From a virus: a DNA stretch of 64,000 nt. Position numbers and translations under genes: made by a program. Below are positions 10,249 through 19,491 of the stretch, in pieces. Where the stretch lies: UHGV virus genome UHGV-0242533; one strand, 5' to 3'. The notes beneath the pieces were generated by a model, which saw only the letters and a list, made by a program, of their open reading frames with translations, had not been told where the DNA came from and ran no database searches. Within the stretch, counting starts at the first letter, position 1. Every line of letters begins with the position of its first letter.

Positions 10249-10392
10249 AAAGTATAAAGGGCACATCATAAGATCAACCCGTAAAGGCCACGTCATACCA
10301 ACAACCCGTGTACGCTGAAGTAAAGGGCATGTCATAAAGGGGACTTCATGTTAAGGCACCCTCACATTAAGGCCATGTCATTAGTCATACTT
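10249..10392. repeat. Array of about six degenerate direct repeats (AAAGGSCAYRTCAT-like)
   Basis: Read directly from the sequence: aaagggcacatcat, aaaggccacgtcat, aaagggcatgtcat, gggacttcatgt, aaggcaccctcacatt, aaggccatgtcat. Confidence 0.5.
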
Positions 10393-10769
10393 GATACACC
10401 TTGCTATAGAGAAGCAGATGAATAAACAGAAGACTATTACTAACCAGAATATCCATTCCATTAAGGTCTGTCCATCCATGTGCTGTGTTTAAGCTTACCA
10501 CATTTACTACATCTCCAAGTGGACTTATAAAGGGTGTGAACTCTTTCATCCCCGTAAGCTTTGTGTATCCGATAGTACTCATGATCACATTTGAATTGCT
10601 TAATGATTAACTTAATTTTCCACATAAATTCTCTTTCAACCTTATATATAAGAGTTTAAAATTCTGATTTGACCGAATGGGGCTAGCCGCTCGCCGCGCG
10701 TTTCCTAAAAAGGGGGAGTCCTCATTTAAAAAAGGGTTATTGGCAATGCCTTTACCTTCCCTTTACATG

Positions 10770-11340
10770 TTCCACCTTTCCCCGTGCCTACTCCCCGTAG
10801 TTATTCCCCCGTGTATCCACACCACATAAATGGTGGGGCATACTTTTATGCCTCTGTATACTACCCAATACATTACCTACCCGTTTATTTAGTTCCCCTT
10901 TAAAGAGTGGATGAGAGGCCAGCACTGTATAAAGGTCTGTATAATGATTAGATTAAGGCACTATGAATAAGCTAATAACACCCCCTAGTTACTACCCCAT
11001 TCCCCCCATAGTTTGATTGTAAATAGTTTCAATAGTTGTTATTATGAGTGCAATATATGATGGGTGCATGGAATGCACAGCTACGAAGTAGCGTTGTATG
11101 TATGTATTAATTAAGTGGAAAGATTGATACTTTCTTTTATGTTCTTTCTTTTTCAGCGTACCTGAGCGTAAGCGAAGGGTGAGTACGTAGTACGAACGGT
11201 CTTTGATGTTTGAGTAGATGATTTTGGTTAAGTGGTATATTACTACCGCACTATCTGGCTATCCTTCCCCGTGGTCTGTTCTGCGGTTGTGTGTTCCCCG
11301 TCCTATATAGATAGTAGAATTAATTCACCCGTGGTCTTGC
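10770..11340. repeat. ORF-poor region with recurring C-rich motif TTCCCCGTG(G)
   Basis: About six copies (tttccccgtgcc, actccccgtag, ttcccccgtg, ccttccccgtggtc, gttccccgtcc, tcacccgtggtc) between the divergent late and early blocks. Confidence 0.4.
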
Positions 11341-11559
11341 TTTCCTTATTAGGTAGTGGTAAATTGAATCTATCGATTGAGTGGTTGGAGTAGTAGAAAT
11401 GATTATCTTAGTAATGTTGGTGCTGGCTGTAGCGTTTCCTTTGCTTGCTCTGATTGTTTGTGAAGTGGTTGAGTTATTCACTGATAAAGGGTTAGAAGTT
11501 GTTGATAAACCAAGCAAATTTGATGGCGTGAAATTTAGTAAAAAAGTTGAAATTAGTTG

Positions 11560-11588
11560 TTGACATGTTAGGTAATAAGAAGTATAGT
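11560..11588 (+). promoter_or_regulatory. Sigma70-like early promoter
   Basis: TTGACA, 17 nt spacer, TATAGT. Confidence 0.5.
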
Positions 11589-11629
11589 TATCTCATTGAA
11601 ACGAAGTATACTAACTAAAGGGGTCAATC

Positions 11630-12106
11630 ATGAATAAGGCAAACTTTGTAATCGGTGCTCTGGTATTAACCTTCGGTAGTATGGCTATCGCTGACAAGAT
11701 TGCTAGCGCTCCAGTTGCTCAAGCTGCTGTAGTTATGACTGATGCTGCTGATACATTCGTTAGCAACGCTCCTAAAGGTTGGATGGTTTGTAAAGGATTG
11801 GATTCAGATAACGTCACTACGTTGATGAAAGTTAAATTATCTAACGTAACCAATCGTGGTATGATTTTGTCTACTCGTACACTTGACAATCAGAACAATG
11901 AGGATATTCTTCTTTCCCGTAAAGACAATGACCCTGAGTTGATTACCTTTGGCGATGTGCAGACTATCAAAGGTTCTAAAGTTGTGACTAATCTTGTAAC
12001 GTATGGTACAATGCAAGAAACCATGTTAGCCACTTCCGTTTATGCTGCTGATAACAGTATTTGGACGTTCCGCTTTCAGATGGGTGATTGTGTTAAAGCA
12101 AAATAG
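11630..12106 (+). CDS. Secreted protein with signal peptide (158 aa)
   Basis: N-terminal MNKANFVIGALVLTFGSMAIA signal-like segment; RBS aaagggg. Confidence 0.55.
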   Translation: MNKANFVIGALVLTFGSMAIADKIASAPVAQAAVVMTDAADTFVSNAPKGWMVCKGLDSDNVTTLMKVKLSNVTNRGMILSTRTLDNQNNEDILLSRKDNDPELITFGDVQTIKGSKVVTNLVTYGTMQETMLATSVYAADNSIWTFRFQMGDCVKAK

Positions 12107-12109
12107 TTG

Positions 12110-12138
12110 TTGACACGGTTATAGATTGGCAGTATTAT
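12110..12138 (+). promoter_or_regulatory. Sigma70-like early promoter
   Basis: TTGACA, 17 nt spacer, TATTAT. Confidence 0.5.
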
Positions 12139-12173
12139 TACTTCATCAAGACAACATTAAAGGAATCAAGACA

Positions 12174-12503
12174 ATGAAAACCCTAATCGCATCTGCTCTT
12201 TTATCTGTAGCTGTTCTTTCAACTGTTGGATGTTCTTCTTCTCCGCGTCCTAACGGTTGGTGTGCTCTGGAAGTTGAAGGCACTTGTGTGATGCGTTGGA
12301 AAGATGGCGTTAAGGTTCCTGCTGGTGAGATTGACATGAAGTACGAAGGTGCTAGCTGTTCTAATGGTGGGTCTGTTGATGAAAAAGCCTATCGTGAGCG
12401 TGATATGAAAACACAAGCCGATTGGAAGAAGTCAGATTTTATCTCCCGAGCAACTCATTGCGGTGGCAATACTTCCGTTAAGGGTAAAGAATGGGACATT
12501 TAA
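12174..12503 (+). CDS. Lipoprotein (start at internal ATG 12174 preferred over ORF-track 12126)
   Basis: MKTLIASALLSVAVLSTVGC lipobox-type signal; RBS aagga; paralog of the 21091 gene. Confidence 0.55.
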   Translation: MKTLIASALLSVAVLSTVGCSSSPRPNGWCALEVEGTCVMRWKDGVKVPAGEIDMKYEGASCSNGGSVDEKAYRERDMKTQADWKKSDFISRATHCGGNTSVKGKEWDI

Positions 12504-12607
12504 AAAGATTAGTTTGCAATACTAGTTCTAACGTACTATCTTTGATTTTCACCGTGATTGCTACTGCAATTGCTTACTATGTTCTTGTTGTTTTGGGAGT
12601 GTGACTT

Positions 12608-12871
12608 ATGACTAAAGAGTACAGCTACACTATTCCCACCCGTAACTATGGCGATATTGACTTTTCTTACACTGACACATCTGACAAGTGTTTAATCTTG
12701 TTCGTTAGTGGTGATAATATTAATGCGGTGGAGTTTCCTGCTGTTGCTCTAATCATGGATGACGTTAAAGCTGGTCATTATCTAGCGCAACGTGGGGTTC
12801 TTCTGTCACTGGAAGAAATTAAATTGCTTAGAGTATCACTCTTTGAAGGTAAAGGCAACGATGAAGAATGA
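12608..12871 (+). CDS. Hypothetical protein (87 aa)
   Basis: ORF track; RBS gggag. Confidence 0.45.
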   Translation: MTKEYSYTIPTRNYGDIDFSYTDTSDKCLILFVSGDNINAVEFPAVALIMDDVKAGHYLAQRGVLLSLEEIKLLRVSLFEGKGNDEE

Positions 12872-13442
12872 TTATTTTTGGCGGTGCTTGTTCATTGCTA
12901 CAGTGGTGCTATTCGTCGCTGATATGCTTTACTCTTACGTTCTTTAAGGCCTGAGTGTGCTGTTTTTGTTTGTGTTTGTCGTGGGCTTCATTTCTTTAAA
13001 TTATTTACTGATTGTTGCCGCTCTGGATATTCTTAATCTCAATACTAAAGGTTGATTGCTATGTGGTTTATTAAATTCTTAGGCTTAATCTTTCTTCTTT
13101 ATTGTGCCGTAGTCATGCCTATGGTCATAATTTATCTGATTCTATAATCCTTCCTGTAAGCCTCCTAGTGAGGCTTTTCTCGTTTCTAAGGTGATTGTAT
13201 GCCTTCCTCCCTTTTAGCTCGTTGTGATGCTTCTGAGAGCGTCAAATAGTGCTTTACAAGCCTGTTTTAGTGTGTTATTCGCGTGCGCGTTCCTTTATAC
13301 CTCCCTTCCCTGAAAAAATAATCGAAATAGGTGTTGCTTTCCTCTATCACTTCCACTATCATCTATTCATCGGTTAAGCAGTACCAAGTAGACAACCTGA
13401 TAAGTCGTACGAAAAACAGGTAATCGATAAGAAATAAAAAGA

Positions 13443-13470
13443 TTGACAAGGTATCCAAACGTAGTAAGAT
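13443..13470 (+). promoter_or_regulatory. Strong sigma70-like promoter P1
   Basis: A-rich UP-like tract, TTGACA, 16 nt spacer, TAAGAT. Confidence 0.6.
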
Positions 13471-13590
13471 GGGTATCAGAAACAAAGCAAGGAAACTTGC
13501 AAATGCTCTTTAAAAACTTATCATCTTGCCCTTTCGCAAAGATTCACGCGAGATAAGGGAAAGGAATTCAAAGAAGATGATAAAAAAGAG

Positions 13591-13618
13591 TTGACAAGGT
13601 AATCCAGTGAGTTATAAT
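13591..13618 (+). promoter_or_regulatory. Strong sigma70-like promoter P2
   Basis: A-rich tract, TTGACA, 16 nt spacer, TATAAT. Confidence 0.65.
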
Positions 13619-13766
13619 GGTTGCCAGTTAGCAGATACACAGCTAACATGTTCTTTAAAAATATGACCTGATTCACTAGCCTAGCCGCTTAGTAATCCTC
13701 AATCAAATATAGCTGATTGATATATCCTCCCAATAAAGGGAACGACGAAAAAGATTAAAAAGATGG

Positions 13767-13795
13767 TTGACAGGCACTGAGAGTTAGGGCATAAT
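13767..13795 (+). promoter_or_regulatory. Strong sigma70-like promoter P3
   Basis: A-rich tract, TTGACA, 17 nt spacer, CATAAT. Confidence 0.6.
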
Positions 13796-14716
13796 GAGCA
13801 CATTAGCTAAGGGAAACATTCCGAAGCGAAGCGAGACAACGGCTAACAGTTGCATAGCGTGAGCAAACACGCTGATAGATTTACCGCTCTTTAACAATAT
13901 AAACGTTCTTCTATATCGGTTGAATATGCTTGATGATAATAACCATCGGAAAGCATACCAGATAAAACGGTGTAAGACTCTCTAGACTATCAGAGGAAAC
14001 AGTCTTGCAATCCCTTACTGGAAACGTCACCACTGATAAATGGATTCACTGAGTGCACGCAAAGACTTAAGCTAATCGCCCACGGTTAAGGGTAGCGGCG
14101 GTCATCGCTAACAAGGCGCTACAGTGAAAGAAGTTAATCAGGGTAGACAAGTCCGACAAATTAACGCCCAATTGAGGGCGGCGGGGAGCGGTTAAAAAGT
14201 GGCAAATTGCTATTTAACAATAAGGTTTAGTGTGAACGTTTACGATGTGAACGGCTTGAGATTCGTCTTACGATGAAAGTACATAGTCGGTTTATGTAGT
14301 AAACTCGCTGAAAGATATCAAACGTCGGAATACTAGACGGTTAATGACTCTTTCGCAATAGTCTCCCGTAGTGGGCGATGGCTAGCGATTGAGAGTTAAT
14401 ACAAAAGGATAGGCGAGAGCGAAAGCAAAGTAGACGATATTGCCGACGGTTACAATAACGTAACTAATTAGAGTCGGACACACTGCCTTATTGTGATGAT
14501 TGATCATCGCTATCAGGTCGGCTTTGTTTATAGCGACTAATTAAAGATACCAGATGAAACATCACGGATAAGGAGGCGGCAAGGTTAACTCCTGATAAGA
14601 CCGCCTCACTTACCTGTAACTGCTCAATAATGAGTGGTTAGAGTTAAGTTAATAGTGACTTAAACAAGCTCATAGAGAGCGGGGCATAGTGCCCTAAACA
14701 TTAAAAGGTAAATATC

Positions 14717-15616
14717 ATGGCTAAGATCTTCACTCTGGTTAACGAATCTGGTTTTAACGCTCTGGCTAACAACATCCGCAGCAACAACGCAGCGATTAAG
14801 CAAGACGTTTCTAACTTCCTGTTAGGGCACTTGCAGCACTTCCGTAGCAACGGTAAAAAGCTGGACGTATTACAAGCGGCGGTTGACTTCCTGTTAACTG
14901 AACGCTTCCGCGATATGGATGTTATTGCTACCGCAATCACTTTCTTAACCCCTATCAAGTTTAACACTGATGCGGCGAATGGTCGTAAAAAGTGGATTAA
15001 TCTGGAAGGCGAAGCGAAAGCGAAAGAAGATGCGAAAGAAGCGCAAATTAAAACCAAAATGGAACAAAACCGTGCCCGCTGGTCAAACGCTTTCGAAAAC
15101 TTCGCGTTAGGTCGTGAAATTGAAGTTGATAACCCTAACTTCTACAAAGGTTGCAATGACAACGTAGCGGCACACCTGCAAATCCCGGCGAAAAACAAGG
15201 AAGACTTTAACCAAGATATTTACGCTTTGGTTGAACGCTTGAATGCAATCCGTATTGAAGCCAAATTACTGGCTGATGAGCGCAACGGCGCAACTAGCGA
15301 TAACACTATCGCCCTGAGTGAAGAAGTTGGGAAGGTTAAAAAGTCCTTTGATTCACTCATCAAGAAAGTCACGGCCTCAACGGTAGCGATCTCGGATGAT
15401 TATCTGATGAACGCATCAAGCAAGGAATTAGAATCACTCGATTCATACGCTGATGAAATGGAAAAGACTGTTGCAGCTATGCAGGAGAAGTTAGAAAGTC
15501 TGCGCGGTCGTATCTCTTCAACGGTTGCTACCCGTACCGAACAAGCGGCGAAAGCAGAAGAGGAAGAAGTATTGCGTAAAGCGGCTGAAATTATGGCGGC
15601 ACGTCAGGCGGCATAA
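14717..15616 (+). CDS. Early protein of unknown function (299 aa)
   Basis: First sizeable gene downstream of three tandem strong promoters and a roughly 0.9 kb leader; followed by a strong terminator. Confidence 0.6.
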   Translation: MAKIFTLVNESGFNALANNIRSNNAAIKQDVSNFLLGHLQHFRSNGKKLDVLQAAVDFLLTERFRDMDVIATAITFLTPIKFNTDAANGRKKWINLEGEAKAKEDAKEAQIKTKMEQNRARWSNAFENFALGREIEVDNPNFYKGCNDNVAAHLQIPAKNKEDFNQDIYALVERLNAIRIEAKLLADERNGATSDNTIALSEEVGKVKKSFDSLIKKVTASTVAISDDYLMNASSKELESLDSYADEMEKTVAAMQEKLESLRGRISSTVATRTEQAAKAEEEEVLRKAAEIMAARQAA

Positions 15617-15638
15617 GTAAGACAATTTGAATAAACAT

Positions 15639-15675
15639 AAGGCGCTATCTTAACGGGTAGCGCCTTTTCTTTTAT
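15639..15675 (+). terminator. Intrinsic terminator
   Basis: Hairpin aaggcgcta...tagcgcctt followed by a T-run. Confidence 0.7.
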
Positions 15676-15718
15676 CAGTGCATTGATTCAGTGCATTAAT
15701 CAAAGAATCTAATCAAAG

Positions 15719-15946
15719 GTGACGATCATGTTAATTACACATACCACGATTTATAGGAATCTTGTCAATGGTCAACATTACCGCCTATCTAAAAAGTATG
15801 GCGTTGAATGTAAATGTGTTATTACCGGTGAATGGTATCCGTCGCCAATGAAGATTGAAACGCTGGAACGTGAAGCGATCAGTTATATTATCACGCAAGA
15901 AACAACGTTAGGCCGTATCTTAAGAAAGCTGGGATTGAGAAAATGA
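15719..15946 (+). CDS. Hypothetical small protein (start GTG 15719 or ATG 15728)
   Basis: ORF track; RBS aaaggtga. Confidence 0.45.
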   Translation: MTIMLITHTTIYRNLVNGQHYRLSKKYGVECKCVITGEWYPSPMKIETLEREAISYIITQETTLGRILRKLGLRK

Positions 15947-16167
15947 TATTCAGTAGTAATTTTGGCAAGTGTCCTATTTGTGAGAAACATCGCAGCACGG
16001 GAAACCATCGCAAATGTAGTAAGATATTACAGCGCCAACGTGATAACAAACATTGGGATACTGTACACACTAACCAGCGTAAAGAAGAAGTTAGGAAAAT
16101 GGCTGTTAAAGCGTCATTTGCTCAATCAACCCGTATTGAACACATTCAAAGGTATCAAGCATCATGA
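15943..16167 (+). CDS. Small basic Cys/His-containing protein (74 aa)
   Basis: ATGA start/stop overlaps at both ends (translational coupling); CPICEKH...H motif. Confidence 0.5.
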   Translation: MIFSSNFGKCPICEKHRSTGNHRKCSKILQRQRDNKHWDTVHTNQRKEEVRKMAVKASFAQSTRIEHIQRYQAS

Positions 16168-16373
16168 TCACTAACATTTCAGAGTTTAAGAAAGCTCCCT
16201 CTCGTCTGTTAGGCCGTCGTGTAGTGTATCTTTATAGCAATAAAGGTAAATGTACAACCGGACGAATTACAACGGTGAGTAGTGCCAATAAGAAACTACT
16301 AAAATTATGTGTAACTATGGATGACGGTACAATCCTTCTACGTAGTTGGAAATCGTTTAGTTTACTTGATTAA
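16164..16373 (+). CDS. Hypothetical small protein (69 aa)
   Basis: ORF track; ATGA overlap with upstream gene. Confidence 0.45.
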   Translation: MITNISEFKKAPSRLLGRRVVYLYSNKGKCTTGRITTVSSANKKLLKLCVTMDDGTILLRSWKSFSLLD

Positions 16374-16442
16374 GTTATTTGTTCAAGCCTATCGCCTTGA
16401 TGGGCTTGCCCGATATAACTTATCACTGAAAGGAATAAGATT

Positions 16443-16886
16443 GTGGCTAAATCTAAAATCAGCATGAAGGGCGGGCGTTGTTTTGCTATCTCTGAACTAG
16501 AGAAAGAGAAACCGAAGGCAACTAATCACGTTAGTAAGCGTAGTTTAAAACGTCGTGCTGCAAAGGCTGAGGCTGAATCCCATGTTCCTTCCAGTGTGGC
16601 AAAGCGTGTAGGCCATCGTGTCCATCGGGCTGATGCGTTGTTGTTGGCTGATCATAAACGTTCTTTGTTAAAGAGCGGGGGAGCTAAAACAGAAGAGGAG
16701 AAGAAGTTAGAAATCTTCTGTAATGGTCGCACCCGTGGTAAACAGAAGTTTAAAGGTAGCACGAAAGACCCGCAGGCTTTCCCTAAGACAAGCCAGTGTG
16801 CACCTGATGTTTTCTACGCAGATAGTAAACACAAGTGGGGCGTTGAAAAATACATTGACCCCATCAAAGAGGCAAGGGTTAAGTAG
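16443..16886 (+). CDS. Highly basic protein (147 aa)
   Basis: Lys/Arg-rich; RBS aaaggaataag before GTG/ATG. Confidence 0.45.
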   Translation: MAKSKISMKGGRCFAISELEKEKPKATNHVSKRSLKRRAAKAEAESHVPSSVAKRVGHRVHRADALLLADHKRSLLKSGGAKTEEEKKLEIFCNGRTRGKQKFKGSTKDPQAFPKTSQCAPDVFYADSKHKWGVEKYIDPIKEARVK

Positions 16887-16900
16887 TAGGAATATAGCCC

Positions 16901-16921
16901 CCTCTTTTAGTACTATGACGC
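16901..16921 (+). promoter_or_regulatory. Conserved motif CCTCTTTTAGTACTATGACGC (copy 1)
   Basis: 17-mer core identical to a second copy at 23736-23756; partial third copy near 13206. Confidence 0.4.
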
Positions 16922-16966
16922 TCTTTCTGTAGCGTCGTGCCCTCTCCCCATTTGAAGCTTCCGCAT

Positions 16967-17020
16967 AGCCGCCTTTGAGCGGCTTTTTGCGTTACCGCCT
17001 CCTTAATTGGAGGCTTTTTT
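16967..17020 (+). terminator. Two tandem intrinsic terminators
   Basis: agccgc-loop-gcggct+TTTTT and gcctcc-loop-ggaggc+TTTTTT. Confidence 0.65.
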
Positions 17021-17046
17021 GTATCTATTATATAGGAAACCATGAA

Positions 17047-17769
17047 ATGAAAGCATTTGCATTGTCAGCTATTCTAGTTTTATCTGCCATTAGTGCCCCA
17101 TCCTTTGCTCATTCTGACAAATGCTCACACTCTAAACAGTGTGAAGTCCAGCAGGGGCCGAAAGGTGATAAAGGAGAACAGGGTATTCAAGGCGAACAAG
17201 GTCCGAAAGGTGACAAGGGTGATCGCGGAGAGCAGGGCTTAAAAGGTGATACTGGATCGGCTGGCATCAATGGTACTAATGGCATTGATGGTAAAGATGG
17301 CATTGATGGTAAAGATGGCGCTCAAGGTGAAAAAGGTGATTCTGGTGCAGATGGTAAGAAAGGCGAAACTGGCCTAACTGGTGCAGCAGGTTTGAATGGC
17401 GTTGACGGATTAAATGGCAAAAATGGTAAAGATGCAGATATGTCTGCCGTTAATGCTAACGCCAAATCTATCAAAGCTCTGGAACAATCCACCAACAAAC
17501 GTTTTGCTTCTTTGCAAAAACAAGTAGACCGTAACCGTGATCATGCCTCTGCTGGTATTTCTGGCGTGGCTGCAATGGCTAACATCCCGCAAGTAAGTCA
17601 AGGATCTGCTTTCTCTGTTGGTGCTGGGGTAGGTGCTTACGATGGTGAATCTGCTCTTGCTATTGGTGTTAGTGCTCGTTTCAATGAAAACGTAGTAACT
17701 AAAGCATCAGTGGCAATGACTTCAGAGAGTGACGCTGTTCTGGGCGCTGGTGTAAGTTACGAGTGGTAA
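17047..17769 (+). CDS. Collagen-like protein with signal peptide and YadA-like C-terminal anchor
   Basis: Start taken at internal ATG with RBS. Signal MKAFALSAILVLSAISAPSFA; long GXX collagen-like repeat run; C-terminus SAGISGVAAMANIPQV...SALAIGVS...VTKASVAMT...GAGVSYEW resembles the trimeric-autotransporter anchor. Confidence 0.6.
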   Translation: MKAFALSAILVLSAISAPSFAHSDKCSHSKQCEVQQGPKGDKGEQGIQGEQGPKGDKGDRGEQGLKGDTGSAGINGTNGIDGKDGIDGKDGAQGEKGDSGADGKKGETGLTGAAGLNGVDGLNGKNGKDADMSAVNANAKSIKALEQSTNKRFASLQKQVDRNRDHASAGISGVAAMANIPQVSQGSAFSVGAGVGAYDGESALAIGVSARFNENVVTKASVAMTSESDAVLGAGVSYEW

Positions 17770-17879
17770 GATAGTGCCTCTCCCGAAAGGGAGGGGTGTT
17801 TCTATAAGCATCTTTTCGAGGGTGTTTATTGAAACAACAAAACAGGAGGTAGCAAGTTCTGATAACAACGGCACAGCTA

Positions 17880-18269
17880 ATGTTGACATTGACTATTTAT
17901 TATGAGGCAGGGAATCAGCCAACCGCATGTAAGGCTTTAGTTGCGGATACCGTGATAAATAGAATGGCCCAACGAAAACTGACCGCTGAACAGGTGATAA
18001 GACAAAAGAACCAGTTTGAGTGGATTCCGGTACTATTAAAACAGGAGAAACCTTATAAACGTTATGTAAAGCTGATTCGTGATAAAAATCCGATGACTAA
18101 GCAAGCCATTGGAGAAAGCGAGCGGCTAGCTAAACGTGCCCTTAAGAAGAATTATGTTCCTCTGTACAGTGGGACTTACTTTCAGAGTAAGAGCGAAGGG
18201 GTGCCAAAATGGTATGCCAATCCTATGTATTGTGGTGATTTAGTGTTCGATAATAGCTCTAGGGAATAA
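17880..18269 (+). CDS. Putative SleB-like cell-wall hydrolase domain protein (129 aa)
   Basis: YYEAG...ALVADTVINR...QFEW resembles the SleB/Hydrolase_2 family; no good SD. Confidence 0.35.
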   Translation: MLTLTIYYEAGNQPTACKALVADTVINRMAQRKLTAEQVIRQKNQFEWIPVLLKQEKPYKRYVKLIRDKNPMTKQAIGESERLAKRALKKNYVPLYSGTYFQSKSEGVPKWYANPMYCGDLVFDNSSRE

Positions 18270-18468
18270 TCACTAGTGCCAGATTTGACAAACTAAATTC
18301 CTTTATAAACCAACCACTTAGTAAATTTATTGAAAAAGATGGTAGTATTCTGGGACTATGGGTAATGCTCTGTATATAGACCTTTGAAAATTTCTTAGAA
18401 AATAAGTTTACTAAATATAACTTACTTAAATAATATTACTTTTAATCTCTGATAAAGGGTAAAATGAT

Positions 18469-18765
18469 ATGACTTTAGAAGTATATAAATTCCTTTTTGT
18501 AAGCTGTTTAACTATCAGCGTTATAGGATTTATTGTTCTCAGAAACAAAGCAGCAAGCTGGGAGAGAATGTATAAATCTCTAGTACGAGTAGATGAGATG
18601 TATAATGAGAAGGTTAAAGCAACTCTTAACGATCTTATCATGCAAGTTGAAGACAGAAACAAGCGTCTTCAGAATCTCAACCATGAAGTATTACGCCTTG
18701 CTCGTGCTAATGAAGACTTGCGAGTGGCTATTGCTAAGCAGCAGGAGGTTAATAGTGAAGCATGA
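18469..18765 (+). CDS. Membrane/coiled-coil small protein (98 aa)
   Basis: N-terminal hydrophobic helix; RBS aaagggt. Confidence 0.5.
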   Translation: MTLEVYKFLFVSCLTISVIGFIVLRNKAASWERMYKSLVRVDEMYNEKVKATLNDLIMQVEDRNKRLQNLNHEVLRLARANEDLRVAIAKQQEVNSEA

Positions 18766-19012
18766 TATCAATACAGCACCTGTGGTTAAGCAGCTTAAAG
18801 ACCTAAGAGTGGGGGATGTTTTTGAAACTGTACCACATAAGAATAAGTTGTATCTTGTAGTAAAACTTGATTCTTCAACTGTTTATCAAGCCCAATGGAA
18901 ACCTGATAAAAAGGTAGTAGTAGATCTTACTTCAGATAAAGTAACAATGTTGGGAAAAGATACTGTTGTTCAGATAGTTGATAATGTTCGTCTTACTAAT
19001 AAGGTGGATTAA
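18755..19012 (+). CDS. Small protein of GDVF-motif family (GTG start with AGGAGG SD)
   Basis: Strong SD gcaggagg 6 nt before GTG; motif LRVGDVFETV...LYLVVKLD. Confidence 0.5.
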   Translation: MKHDINTAPVVKQLKDLRVGDVFETVPHKNKLYLVVKLDSSTVYQAQWKPDKKVVVDLTSDKVTMLGKDTVVQIVDNVRLTNKVD

Positions 19013-19014
19013 CA

Positions 19015-19248
19015 GTGAAAGTCAATATTAAGCATGATCATACAACGATTCGCTTAACTAACATGAAGCCTGGAGTTTTGTTTTCTTTCCGAGGCATTCT
19101 TTATATCAGAACAGATTCCACATCTGACTATCATGTTAAATGTGTTAATGTGGTATCCGGAACACTGACCGGTATCAACCGAGATGAAATCTGCCAAGTA
19201 CGCAGCGATCTCCACATAACTAACATAGAGACTAAAGATGAAGATTGA
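19015..19248 (+). CDS. Small protein, GDVF-family-like (77 aa)
   Basis: ORF track; motif PGVLFSF...YIRTD. Confidence 0.45.
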   Translation: MKVNIKHDHTTIRLTNMKPGVLFSFRGILYIRTDSTSDYHVKCVNVVSGTLTGINRDEICQVRSDLHITNIETKDED

Positions 19249-19489
19249 TCTTGAGTTTAAGAATCCAGAGCTGAAAGTGGGTGATTTGAAACTTGGAGAT
19301 GTATTCCAAGTGAAGGCAACATGTATTGACCATTACATGATTGTCCAGCTATACACACCACATGTGTCAGAGACTGATCTTCGGGAGGGTTGTGTGGTTC
19401 TTAGTTTACGTACTAATCAAGTGATGAAACTAGACTCAAACTTACCTGTTTCGGTTATCCATAATGTAGTAATTACCAATAAAGGTTAA
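19238..19489 (+). CDS. Small protein, GDVF family (83 aa)
   Basis: Motif LKLGDVFQVK. Confidence 0.45.
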   Translation: MKIDLEFKNPELKVGDLKLGDVFQVKATCIDHYMIVQLYTPHVSETDLREGCVVLSLRTNQVMKLDSNLPVSVIHNVVITNKG

Positions 19490-19491
19490 TT

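Noticed and set aside
10385-10588. Minus-strand ORF 10385..10588 (67 aa)
   Set aside because: No clear RBS and unusual composition; it may be real, but it sits against the repeat array and could be non-coding.
15962-16174. ORF 15962..16174 (+)
   Set aside because: Alternative frame of 15943..16167, which shows ATGA start/stop coupling with both neighbours.
17880-18269. Considered the SleB-like ORF as the endolysin of a lysis cassette
   Set aside because: It has no adjacent holin or spanin, has a weak RBS, and the second catalytic-region Glu appears replaced; kept as low-confidence hydrolase-like only.
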